Virus record (IMG/VR): IMGVR_UViG_3300032007_000042
Source: an uncultured virus (IMG/VR IMGVR_UViG_3300032007_000042)
Taxonomy: Duplodnaviria > Heunggongvirae > Uroviricota > Caudoviricetes > Crassvirales
Length of the DNA stretch: 64,000 nucleotides
Strand: one strand, 5' to 3'
The notes beneath the pieces are model-generated. The model was given only the letters and a program-made list of their open reading frames with translations. It searched no databases and was not told the origin of the DNA. Of the stretch, positions 19,520 through 29,100 are shown one piece after another. Both the position numbers and the translations under genes were made by a program. Position 1 is the first letter of the stretch. Every line of letters starts with the position of its first letter.

Positions 19520-20203
19520 ATGAGTGTAATATTTGACCAATTAAGGATTTCAGATGATGGCAAGAAGCTGTATATTGATCTTCATGTAATAAAGGCAGCT
19601 TATTTTAAGGATGTCTATTTAGATAGTATTACTATTATAGATGCTAATAGTAAGGAAAGAGACTGTAGTAAGAAGGAATACACAGGTATTTCAGAGACTA
19701 ATTCCAATGTTCTAAATGACCACTTTATCTTTAAGTGTACATGTAATGGAAAGAGTAAGGAGGCTTCTTTGGAAATCAGTGTGACAGACCTTAATGCAGC
19801 TTTTGCCAATGTCAATAGCTCTGGAGAAGCCATAGACAGTAATAAGCCTTATGCAAAAGTAGCTTTCAATAAGAACAGTTTCAGTGACAGTTTACTGTTT
19901 GTCTATGTAACTTGCAAAGGAATAGACAGTGAATGTACACCTTGCATATTGGATAGTAGTAGACCAACAGTAGGAGTTACTTTTGATGATAAGCTTCTTT
20001 ATCAGAGAGTAATGGGTTATACAAAGAGTTTGGCTGATACCTGTAAAGTGCCTACAGAGTTTGTAGATTTCATATTACTCTGGAATGCCTTAAAAGCAAG
20101 TGTAGAGACAGAGCATTGGCTTGAAGCCATAGATTACTGGCACATGCTGTTTGATACAGGAGCCTATAGTTATACTTCTAAAGGATGTGGATGCCATGGA
20201 TGA
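19520..20203 (+). CDS. Tail hub protein A (crAss001 gp38-like)
   Basis: IFDQLRISDDGKKLYID start, C-terminal GCGCHG, synteny. Confidence 0.7.
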   Translation: MSVIFDQLRISDDGKKLYIDLHVIKAAYFKDVYLDSITIIDANSKERDCSKKEYTGISETNSNVLNDHFIFKCTCNGKSKEASLEISVTDLNAAFANVNSSGEAIDSNKPYAKVAFNKNSFSDSLLFVYVTCKGIDSECTPCILDSSRPTVGVTFDDKLLYQRVMGYTKSLADTCKVPTEFVDFILLWNALKASVETEHWLEAIDYWHMLFDTGAYSYTSKGCGCHG

Positions 20204-22211
20204 AATGATTTATAATACTCTAAGCTATTACTTTCATGCTTTAGAGGTAAAGGGCTATATGCCTTTTAGAGATTCAGTCAAGGCTTTGCTTCTTATTTTC
20301 TACAGAGACTTTGTATTTAATGACTTTAGAGCTAGGATTACAGAGGAAGACTATCATTTGATAGAGAAAGCTCTTGACTGTTTATATGGAACAACATGTT
20401 TAATACCTTATCCAGATTATTTGAAGATGGGAAACCTTTATTTAGACGAGATTACAGAGCTTGGTGCAAGAGTTAAGAATGTAGAGGATGAGGATACTGA
20501 ATGGTCTGATGTACAAGGTGGTGGTAGTGGTAATGTAAATTCAGTAAATGGCAAGACTGGTGATGTTATTCTTAATGCTAATGATGTTGGTGCTTTACCT
20601 GCTAATACTGAGTATCAGTCTCCAATTAATGATTTGGAGAGTATTAGAAGTGGTGCTCAGTCTGGTGCTACAGCTTACCAAAAGCCAAACACAGGCATAC
20701 CTTCAACTGACCTTTCATCTGCTGTGCAAGTAAGTCTTAGAAAAGCTGATTCAGCTCTACAAACAGAGACAGACCCAACAGTTCCTTCTTGGGCAAAACA
20801 ATCATCTAAGCCTTCTTATACTGTCTCAGAGATAGACGGAGCACAGGAGGAACTTGTGAGCGGCACTAACATCAAGACCATCAATAATGAATCCATATTG
20901 GGTAGTGGTAATATTACCATCCAAGGTGGTGGAGGTGGTGATGTGAATGTGATTGAGAGTATTACCTTCAATGGTAGTGCTGTTCCTGTAGATGCAAGCA
21001 AGAATGCGGCCATCACCTATTCTGCTCCTGTTACTTCGGTAAATGGTAATACGGGGGCAGTAACCATCAGTGTTCCCACGAAGGTTTCTGACTTAACAAA
21101 TGATAGTGGATTCATCACTTCATACACGGAGACTGACCCCGTATTTAGTGCAAGTGCTGCTGCAACAATTACTTCTGCTGATATTACTGCTTGGAATGAG
21201 AAGAGCACTTTTAGCGGTAGTTATAATGACTTGACTGACAAGCCAACTCTCTTTAGTGGTGACTACAATGACTTGTCTAATAAGCCTACTATACCTACAG
21301 TACCTACGAATGTGAGTGCTTTTACAAATGATGCTGGGTATATTACAGGTTATACTGAGACTGATCCTACAGTTCCGTCGTGGGCAAAGGCTGCAAGTAA
21401 GCCCTCATATACTGCATCAGAGGTTGGTGCTTTACCTGATGATACTCCGTTGTTTAGTGGTGATTATAATGACTTAACTAATAAGCCTACAATTCCTGCT
21501 GAACAAATTCAAAGTGATTGGAATCAAACTAATATTAATAGTAAGGACTTTATCAAGAACAAGCCTACCATTCCTACAGCATTATCACAACTTAGTGAAG
21601 ATTCTACTCATAGAGTAGTAAGTGATGCAGAAAAGACCACTTGGAACAACAAGAGTAATTTCAGTGGGAGTTATAATGACTTAACTGACAAGCCTACCAT
21701 TCCTGATGTACCAACTAATGTAAGTGCCTTTACCAATGATGCGGGGTACTTGACACAACATCAAAGCCTTAGTGACTATATTCAGAAGTCACAGACTGCT
21801 GGACTTATAAAGAATGATGGTACTATAGATACTAATACCTATCTTACCCAGCATCAAGATATTAGTGGTAAAGAGAACGTAACAACCATTGTTGCTCCAG
21901 TAGATACTACTGACGCTACATTGCCTATCACAACACTTACTTGTGAGGTTGGCAAGTATTATAGGATAGATGTAGCCGTAGATACTCTTGCTGTGACCCT
22001 ACCAGCAATGACGGACTTAACTATTGCCAAGACTGTGGTTATATATCTTACGGGTGGCACTACTCCTTCTATTACTATTTCTACTGCTGATAGTAAGGAT
22101 GTATATTTCCAAGATGGCTTTGAGATTAAGGCTAATTCTACTTATGAGATAAACTGTTTGTTCAATGGTGTTGCTTGGATTGTAGCAGCTGCTAAAATAA
22201 ATGTTGGGTGA
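20196..22211 (+). CDS. Tail hub protein B-like N-terminal domain fused to a repeat-rich fibre
   Basis: ATG 20196 overlaps the hub A stop. ITEEDYHLIEKALDCLYGTTCLIPYP is hub-B-like. It is followed by SVNGKTG, ETDPTVPSWAK and FSG(D/S)YNDL(T/S)(N/D)KPTIP repeats. Confidence 0.7.
   Translation: MDEMIYNTLSYYFHALEVKGYMPFRDSVKALLLIFYRDFVFNDFRARITEEDYHLIEKALDCLYGTTCLIPYPDYLKMGNLYLDEITELGARVKNVEDEDTEWSDVQGGGSGNVNSVNGKTGDVILNANDVGALPANTEYQSPINDLESIRSGAQSGATAYQKPNTGIPSTDLSSAVQVSLRKADSALQTETDPTVPSWAKQSSKPSYTVSEIDGAQEELVSGTNIKTINNESILGSGNITIQGGGGGDVNVIESITFNGSAVPVDASKNAAITYSAPVTSVNGNTGAVTISVPTKVSDLTNDSGFITSYTETDPVFSASAAATITSADITAWNEKSTFSGSYNDLTDKPTLFSGDYNDLSNKPTIPTVPTNVSAFTNDAGYITGYTETDPTVPSWAKAASKPSYTASEVGALPDDTPLFSGDYNDLTNKPTIPAEQIQSDWNQTNINSKDFIKNKPTIPTALSQLSEDSTHRVVSDAEKTTWNNKSNFSGSYNDLTDKPTIPDVPTNVSAFTNDAGYLTQHQSLSDYIQKSQTAGLIKNDGTIDTNTYLTQHQDISGKENVTTIVAPVDTTDATLPITTLTCEVGKYYRIDVAVDTLAVTLPAMTDLTIAKTVVIYLTGGTTPSITISTADSKDVYFQDGFEIKANSTYEINCLFNGVAWIVAAAKINVG
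20424..20489 (+). repeat. Direct repeat copy 1 (66 nt; 58/66 identical to 23715-23780)
   Basis: AAGATGGGAAACCTTTATTTAGACGAGATTACAGAGCTTGGTGCAAGAGTTAAGAATGTAGAGGAT. Confidence 0.9.
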
Positions 22212-22212
22212 T

Positions 22213-22851
22213 ATGGGAACGATGATTAATAGAAGAAGGGTTTGTGGAGGTAGTAAGAAGCTGCCTTACGATGCAGAGATTGAGTATTTGGAGAGTAGTG
22301 GTACGCAGTATATTGATACTGGGTTCATTTTACCTGTAAATGTCGTTTACCAAATTAGTTGTGCTGTTATGTTTCTTAATATAAATAGGACTCAGCAGAT
22401 ATACGCATCTAACATAGATAATTATACGAAAGCTGGATTAATCAATATTAGTGGGTATATAAATGCTTATACGAAAGCGGGCTCATCTTGGTCAAATACA
22501 AACATACAAGTATTGGATGATACTATATATAATACCACTTATATTTGCAATGAAAATTCGGTTTTTGTAGAAATAAATGGAGTACAGAAAGAATACGCAA
22601 CATCAACACCTTATGTAATTGCGACAGGATTAAAACAATACATTTTTTGCACGAACGGAAAAGGCCATGCAAACCTTGAACATTCGCTGATTGGTAGAAT
22701 ATATCATTTGGAATTGATAATTAATGGAACAGTAGTTCAAGATTTTATCCCCGTCAGAGTAGGTCAAGTAGGTTATCTCTATGATAAAGTTTCAGGTCAG
22801 TTATTTGGTAATGCAGGAACAGGTGAGTTTATCCTTGGTCCAGATAAATAA
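22213..22851 (+). CDS. Tail-associated beta-sandwich (concanavalin/LamG-like) protein
   Basis: EIEYLESSGTQYIDTG...DFIPVRVGQVGYLYDKVSGQLFGNAGTGEF is a pattern seen in phage tail accessory proteins. Confidence 0.6.
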   Translation: MGTMINRRRVCGGSKKLPYDAEIEYLESSGTQYIDTGFILPVNVVYQISCAVMFLNINRTQQIYASNIDNYTKAGLINISGYINAYTKAGSSWSNTNIQVLDDTIYNTTYICNENSVFVEINGVQKEYATSTPYVIATGLKQYIFCTNGKGHANLEHSLIGRIYHLELIINGTVVQDFIPVRVGQVGYLYDKVSGQLFGNAGTGEFILGPDK

Positions 22852-22870
22852 CAATTAAAACAATAAATAT

Positions 22871-23419
22871 ATGAAACGATATTACAATGCAATCACTAAG
22901 GAGTGGTATAATGAGGGTCAATCCCTTACAAAGAGAGTAGAGAATGGAGTATTTAGCGGCATTCCGAGTGTAGAACAACTATATGATTGGGGGTTTAGAG
23001 AATGGGTAGAGCCTGCTCCTACACCAGCACAACTGCTTGAAAGAGCAAAGAGTAGTAAGGCGGCAGAGATAGAGGCTTATGACCAATCAGATGAAGTCAA
23101 TGGCTTTGACATCGTAGTAGGTGGTCAGACAATGGCCGCATGGCTTACTCCCGACAAGAGGAGTGACTACAAGAACTCGTTGGATAGCGCAGAACTACTT
23201 GGTATGACGGAGGTGCACCCTGTCTTTAATGGAGTGGCACTTACTATTCCTATTCAGACTGCAAAGATGGCACTTGCAAAGATACAGATTTATGCCAACC
23301 AGTGCTATGGTGTGACAGAGCAACACAAGGCTAATGTAGAGGCTCTGACTGCCATCGAAGAGGTGGAAGCCTATGACTACACTACCGGCTATCCTGAGAG
23401 ACTAAAGTTTGAGATTTAA
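22871..23419 (+). CDS. DUF4376-like tail fibre assembly/chaperone protein
   Basis: AKSSKAAEIEAYDQSDEVNGF...YANQCYGVTEQHKANV...YDYTTGYPERL. Confidence 0.6.
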   Translation: MKRYYNAITKEWYNEGQSLTKRVENGVFSGIPSVEQLYDWGFREWVEPAPTPAQLLERAKSSKAAEIEAYDQSDEVNGFDIVVGGQTMAAWLTPDKRSDYKNSLDSAELLGMTEVHPVFNGVALTIPIQTAKMALAKIQIYANQCYGVTEQHKANVEALTAIEEVEAYDYTTGYPERLKFEI

Positions 23420-23443
23420 GTTTAATATAACAACAAGAGAATT

Positions 23444-23560
23444 ATGCAGACTTTTTATCAGATTGTTATAGTTGCTTTAATAGCAGCTTTTATAATTCTG
23501 TTCCTTGGTAAAACAGGGCTCAGAACTAAGTTTAGAGACTTTAATAATATAAAGCTATGA
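23444..23560 (+). pseudogene. 38-aa single-TM ORF, probably a truncated membrane protein
   Basis: MQTFYQIVIVALIAAFIILFLGKTGLRTKFRDFNNIKL*. Confidence 0.45.
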
Positions 23561-23607
23561 AGAAATATTACAACACAACCACTAAAGAGTGGTACAATGA
23601 AGGTTAG
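23557..23607 (+). pseudogene. 16-codon remnant paralogous to the start of the 22871 gene
   Basis: MKKYYNTTTKEWYNEG* versus MKRYYNAITKEWYNEGQ. Confidence 0.7.
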
Positions 23608-23714
23608 CATGGAAGTACTGTTATTAATAGTCAGGCTACTTGGACTAAACTTTATAGTATATTAAAGGCATCAAAAGATAACATTACAATAGATATTACT
23701 AAATAATTTATTAC

Positions 23715-23780
23715 AAGATGGGAAAACTTTATTTAGGAGAGATGACAGAGCTTAGCACAAGAATTAAGAATGTAGAGGAT
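23715..23780 (+). repeat. Direct repeat copy 2
   Basis: AAGATGGGAAAACTTTATTTAGGAGAGATGACAGAGCTTAGCACAAGAATTAAGAATGTAGAGGAT. Confidence 0.9.
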
Positions 23781-23957
23781 ACTCCTGTTGTTAAGCTGCT
23801 GCATGATTTAGCTAATGCAGAGGGAGATATAGATACTGATATTATGGTAATTACTGATGGATTTGTTGGAGAAAAAGACAATACTTCTGACAGTGACAGT
23901 ACCCATGATAGCAGTGATACTTCAAGCTCTGATTTTGGCTGTGGTTGTGGTAATTAG
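23718..23957 (+). CDS. Displaced/alternative C-terminal segment of tail hub B (79 aa)
   Basis: MGKLYLGEMTELSTRIKNVED matches the internal MGNLYLDEITELGARVKNVED. It ends in GCGCGN. Confidence 0.6.
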   Translation: MGKLYLGEMTELSTRIKNVEDTPVVKLLHDLANAEGDIDTDIMVITDGFVGEKDNTSDSDSTHDSSDTSSSDFGCGCGN

Positions 23958-23994
23958 GATAACTAAGTAGTTTGCTTAAAAGAGTAAATGAAAA

Positions 23995-24048
23995 AACTTA
24001 ACTGGCTCAAGGATATTGTAAAAAGCATTATCTTTGAGCCATTAAGTT
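23995..24048 (+). promoter_or_regulatory. Long inverted repeat whose right arm contains a TATCTTTG -7 box (24029-24036)
   Basis: AACTTAACTGGCTCAAGGATA ... TATCTTTGAGCCATTAAGTT. Confidence 0.55.
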
Positions 24049-24094
24049 GATAAAGCATATGGATATAAATGGGAATTTTTAAAAACTACATAAT

Positions 24095-24838
24095 ATGAAA
24101 GTATCAGAAATCGTGTATTTTATACTAGATAGCATACGATCAATAAGTGATGACAGCTTAGTTACCGAGGAACACATAATATTTCTTACCAAGAAATACA
24201 GAAGCTTTCTTATCAAAAAAGAGCAGGATAAAGAGAAAAGTACTACAGATACCTCCTCAGAGTTTGAGTATCAGCAGATATGTCTTAACTTAGAGAAAGT
24301 ACCTGCTATTGATGGAGAGCCTTGCACAGGAGGTTATTACCTAAGAAGCAAAGAGAAGATACCTAAGATACTTGAAGGTACTCTTCCAAGAATCTATCCT
24401 TTTGACTTCTATCAGGGTATCAATATAGTCTATGTTTCTAGAGATAGAATGAGATATGTAGGTACTAACAAGTATCTACAGAATATCATTTGGGTATCAT
24501 TAGGAGCAGACTTACATTTATATCTTTATAGCAACAATCCTCAGTTTCTGTACCTAAAGAAACTTAGGATGCTGGGTATCTTTGAAGACTATGATGAGGC
24601 CAGTAAGCTCCTATGTGATAGTGATGGTAATGATACATCCTGTGATCCATTGGATATGAACTTTCCTATCAGAGACTACTTAGTACCTACTCTTATAGAA
24701 CTTTGTGTAAAGGATATACTTGGCGTGGCTTATAGACCCAAGGAGAGCAGCAACAACGCCAAGGATGACTTAGCTGATATTATGAACTTTATAAGAAGCA
24801 ATATGAAGAATAACCTACAGCAACAGATTGAAGAGTGA
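24095..24838 (+). CDS. Tail ring protein (crAss001 gp40-like)
   Basis: SDDS...EHIIF...YRSFLIK and YQQICLNLEKVPAIDGEPC. Synteny. Confidence 0.7.
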   Translation: MKVSEIVYFILDSIRSISDDSLVTEEHIIFLTKKYRSFLIKKEQDKEKSTTDTSSEFEYQQICLNLEKVPAIDGEPCTGGYYLRSKEKIPKILEGTLPRIYPFDFYQGINIVYVSRDRMRYVGTNKYLQNIIWVSLGADLHLYLYSNNPQFLYLKKLRMLGIFEDYDEASKLLCDSDGNDTSCDPLDMNFPIRDYLVPTLIELCVKDILGVAYRPKESSNNAKDDLADIMNFIRSNMKNNLQQQIEE

Positions 24839-25380
24839 TGAAAGAGACTTTTGAAGAGTTTAAAGAAAAGATACTTAAGAAAAGAAGTAAAAGGCAAGGC
24901 AAGGTAAGTGGAAGCTATGGAGTATATGATGCCTATAAATCCATCAGAAAGAACAAATGGTATGACATAGGCAGACCACTTACAGAGCATGAGTTTTACA
25001 CCATTATAAGAAGCATTAACTTACTTCTTGCTGATGAACTCTCAAAAGGTAATGAAATAGTTTTTCCCTATAGAATGGGTTCTCTTGAGCTTAGGAAGAG
25101 TAGGAGAGAAGCAAAGATTAAAGATGGAAAATTAGTAGTCAATTATCCTATTGACTGGAACTCCACACTAAAGCTATGGTATGATGATGCTGAAGCTATG
25201 AGAAATAAGATACTTGTAAGAACTGAAAACAGTACAGTATATCATATCATATACAACAAATATAAGGCAGTATATAACAATAAAAGCTACTATCAGTTCA
25301 TTGTCAACAGGACTATTAAGCAGAAACTAAGAGACCATATTATGGAAGGAACAGCAGATACATTGTTTGATGAATATTAA
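24835..25380 (+). CDS. HU/IHF-like DNA-binding protein of the crAss structural module
   Basis: ELSKGNEIVFPYRMGSLELRK motif, basic composition, position between ring genes. Confidence 0.7.
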   Translation: MMKETFEEFKEKILKKRSKRQGKVSGSYGVYDAYKSIRKNKWYDIGRPLTEHEFYTIIRSINLLLADELSKGNEIVFPYRMGSLELRKSRREAKIKDGKLVVNYPIDWNSTLKLWYDDAEAMRNKILVRTENSTVYHIIYNKYKAVYNNKSYYQFIVNRTIKQKLRDHIMEGTADTLFDEY

Positions 25381-25391
25381 ACTATAAAGAG

Positions 25392-26150
25392 ATGATAAAG
25401 GAGATACAATATACAAGCATTAATAGAGTATTGGATAACCTTATGGAGCATCCATTACTCAGAGACTTGACTATTGAGCAAGTGATAAGATATACTATCA
25501 GGTTCATAGGTCTTCATGGCTATCCAAAGTTATACACAGAGAAATCAGAGGATGTAAAGATAGACAGCTTTAAAGGTTTACTTCCCTGTGATCTTGAAAG
25601 CATTATTCAAGTAGAGGATAAAAAGAGTGGCATTTGTCTTAGAAGCATGACAGATACCAAGGTATTCAGTGACAATGAAAGTATTAGCCATGATGCTTGT
25701 GGAAGACCTTGTAAGGATAAGAAAGAGCTTTATATCCCAAGAAGAAAACATGAGCATGAAGAACTCTCTTTCAAGACACAAGGAAGAATAATCTATACAT
25801 CATTTCCTAAAGGAGAAGTTACTATTTATTATAGAGCTGTTCCTATGGATGAGAATGGCTATCCAATGCTTATAGACAATGAGAATTACTTAGCAGCTCT
25901 TGAGGCATTTATCAAGGTACAGATATTTACTATTAAGTTTGACACAGGTAAGATCAATGCCAATGTACTACAGAATGCCCAGCAAGAGTATGCTTGGAGA
26001 GCAGCAGAGTTACAAGATGAGTTTACTGTACCAAGCATGAGTGAAATGGAGAGTCTTACAAGAATGTACAATACTATGCTCTTAAGTACAAGACAGTTTG
26101 ATAAAAGATTCAAGCATCTTGGTGACAGAGAATATATAAGAAGACATTAA
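25392..26150 (+). CDS. Tail ring/tubular protein (crAss001 gp43-like)
   Basis: IYTSFPKGEVTIYYRAVPMDENGYPMLIDN. Sits immediately before the muzzle. Confidence 0.75.
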   Translation: MIKEIQYTSINRVLDNLMEHPLLRDLTIEQVIRYTIRFIGLHGYPKLYTEKSEDVKIDSFKGLLPCDLESIIQVEDKKSGICLRSMTDTKVFSDNESISHDACGRPCKDKKELYIPRRKHEHEELSFKTQGRIIYTSFPKGEVTIYYRAVPMDENGYPMLIDNENYLAALEAFIKVQIFTIKFDTGKINANVLQNAQQEYAWRAAELQDEFTVPSMSEMESLTRMYNTMLLSTRQFDKRFKHLGDREYIRRH

Positions 26151-26155
26151 GCACT

Positions 26156-29100
26156 ATGAAGAAACAGCAGGTATTTAATATAAAAGGAATGACCAAGGAC
26201 ATAAGCAGGTCTAAGAGTGGTAGTAGTCTTGCTTATGACATTCAGAATATGAGGCTTACTTCTCAGGAAGGAGAGACACTATTATCCCTCACTAATGAGA
26301 AAGGAAATAAAGAATATATTCTGAACTTCAAGAGTTTTGCAGACAGTATTATAAGCTCAAAGATTACTAATGCCAATAACTTGGCAATCTCTGAAGCTAA
26401 ACATACATTTAGAGGAAAGATTATAGGCTACTGTGTGCTTGATAAGTACTTAGTTATATTTACCCATTATACTGACAACAATACAACAACAGATAGAATA
26501 TATAGGTTTGAGAAAGATGCCACTAATGATATTCAGCTTAATGGTGTACTTCTTTATTGGGGAAATTTAGGCTTTACTGATACTATGAGACTTGAGACTA
26601 TGGGTATCTATGAAAGTGCTAATATTCAGAAAGTATATTGGTTGGATGGTATTAATCAGCCAAGGTTTATTAATATAGCAGGAGATACAGAAACTATCCT
26701 TAAACATAGAGATAACTGGCTTTCCTCAAAAACACCTTTTGATTTTATTCCTGTTTTTGATTATAAAGGTGATTCATCTATAAATATAGAGAGACAAGAT
26801 TATGGTGGCACATTTCCAGAAGGTACTATTCAATATGCCATGTGCTACTATAATCTTAATGGACAGCAGAGTAATATATTCTATATATCACCTATTTACT
26901 ATATATCCCATTCAGATAGAGGAGCACAGCAAGAGCAAACACTCAATAATAGCTTTAAGATAACTGTCACTAATGTAGACAAAGACTTTAACTATCTTAG
27001 GATATATTCCATTCATAGGTCAAGTATTGATGGTAAACCTTCATGTAAAGTAGTAGCCAATATCAGTGTTAGTGATAATATTACTTTTACTGATACAGGC
27101 AGTGTAGGCTACAGTGTAGATCCTAATGAAATACTGTATGCAGGTGGTCAGGAAGTTATTCCAAAGACTTTTGCACAGAAGGATAATACATTATTCATGG
27201 GTAACTATAAGGAAAAAAATGCACTGCTTAAAAATGGAACACTTATAAAGAGGATCAAGGATAATGTAAGTGTTTCCTACTCCAATAGTAAATATATCTC
27301 AAAGGGACAATTAGGTAGTCTCTACATGTATAATAATCAGCTAAAGTATAGTAGCTATAGAATCACTACTTTTAAGGGTGGAGAGTGGTATAGATTTGGC
27401 TTAATATTTCAGGATGAAAGAGGTCAATGGTCAGGTGTAATACCTATAGGAGACTATAAGAACTCTTTATACCCACAAGATACTAGTGATATGGTAGCCC
27501 TTGTAATAGCAAAACTTAGTATTCCTAGTAATATAGTTGATGAACTCTATGATCTAGGTTATAGGAGAGTACAGGGAGTAGTAGTATATCCTTCAGCAGC
27601 CAATAGAAGAGTTGTCTGCCAAGGAGTACTTTGTCCTACAGTGTATAATATCAATGACAGAATTAATAATGCTCCTTATGCTGTAAGCTCATGGTTCTTT
27701 AGAGAAATGAGGGCAACTGATAGTAATGGCAAGCCCTACTTAGAAGGCACACAGAATTTGCATAACTGTAATATTTACAATGATATATACGATGCAGTAG
27801 ACAGCAAATATAAGCTTAGCAGTAAACTTGTTGCAGAATCTACTTCAAGTTATTTACAAGTAGGAGGAACTATTACAGATGGTAAATTTGGTGGTGGTCA
27901 TACAGATGCTCCTACAGGAGGAGGATACTTTGGAAATGGAAATACCAGTACCTCTGGGAGTACTTCTGAAGGCTCTTCCAATAATTCTCCTATATACGTC
28001 AACAAAGATTTCAAGGCAGAGATTAGTAGTGCGAGCGTCTACCATAAATATGCCTATGAGACAAACAACAACATAGACTATTTTGTTGACTGGAATACTC
28101 TTACAATGAATACTCCAGAGGTAAATTTCTCAACAACTAATACTTCCCATGATATTCAGACTGAGAACTTAAAGTTAAGGATTATAGGTATTATTCCTTT
28201 AACAAGCAGCTCTAATGATATTTATGTAAATACCAACAGTGAATATATTAAACAAGATGTAGCAGTTGGATTAAAGAAAATCAATACTACCTATAACAAT
28301 AACAGCTATCAAGGTGGAAATCTAAGGGAAACTACTTTTGAATGGAATGATTTTGACTACCATCTTGGAAAATCTAATAGTGGTATTAACTTGGATAATA
28401 CAGATGATCAATGTATTATGCCCACTTTTAGCGTTAATAATCTTGATATACTTTTAGGAAGAACAGATGGTGTGACAGAAATTCCATTTGGAGGTATAAA
28501 GGGCTATCCTATATATCCATGGCAAGGAGCAAAGTCATTGCTTGGCCAGCCTAAAGAAGTAATGGATGGTGACTATAAAGGAAAAGTATTTGATGGTCTT
28601 AATAAAAAAGTAATAGCCAATATCAGAACAGCTTCCATGACTTATTACTTTCCTACTAAAGCACTATCTTATAATATAGGCAATGCAGGAATCTATGATG
28701 GGGATATACCTTTAGTAAAGTTAGATAAGGATACTAATGACACAAACTATAGTAGTGCTTTTAATTACTATGGAGAATTAGATACTATTATTAATCCATC
28801 TTCATATTACTATACATATTATGGCTCTATTTATTATTACAGTTTAGCAGATCTACAGAAATATAACTGGGGTCATAGAAAGGGACAGTCCCCTTTATCC
28901 ATAGGTGTATATGCAGGTCTTCATAACATTATGCAGAATAGTGTTTCCAAAGACTCAGTAAGGATAAGGTATAAATCATCACCTCATATAGCTTTTCACT
29001 TAAAATATTCAAGCTATGGTGCACAGACAGTACTACCATCTTTTAGATATGATGGCTATACATTTGGTAAGTTTAATGACTTGGATAAGTACGATAGTGC

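Noticed and set aside
21100..21760. Repeats resembling a CRISPR-like array
   Set aside because: They are degenerate, in-frame protein repeats of the fibre (FSGDYNDL..KPTIP) with no constant repeat-spacer period.
20424..23780. Diversity-generating retroelement TR/VR pair
   Set aside because: Three of the 8 mismatches are not at adenines of the better template candidate, and no reverse transcriptase is present in the window.
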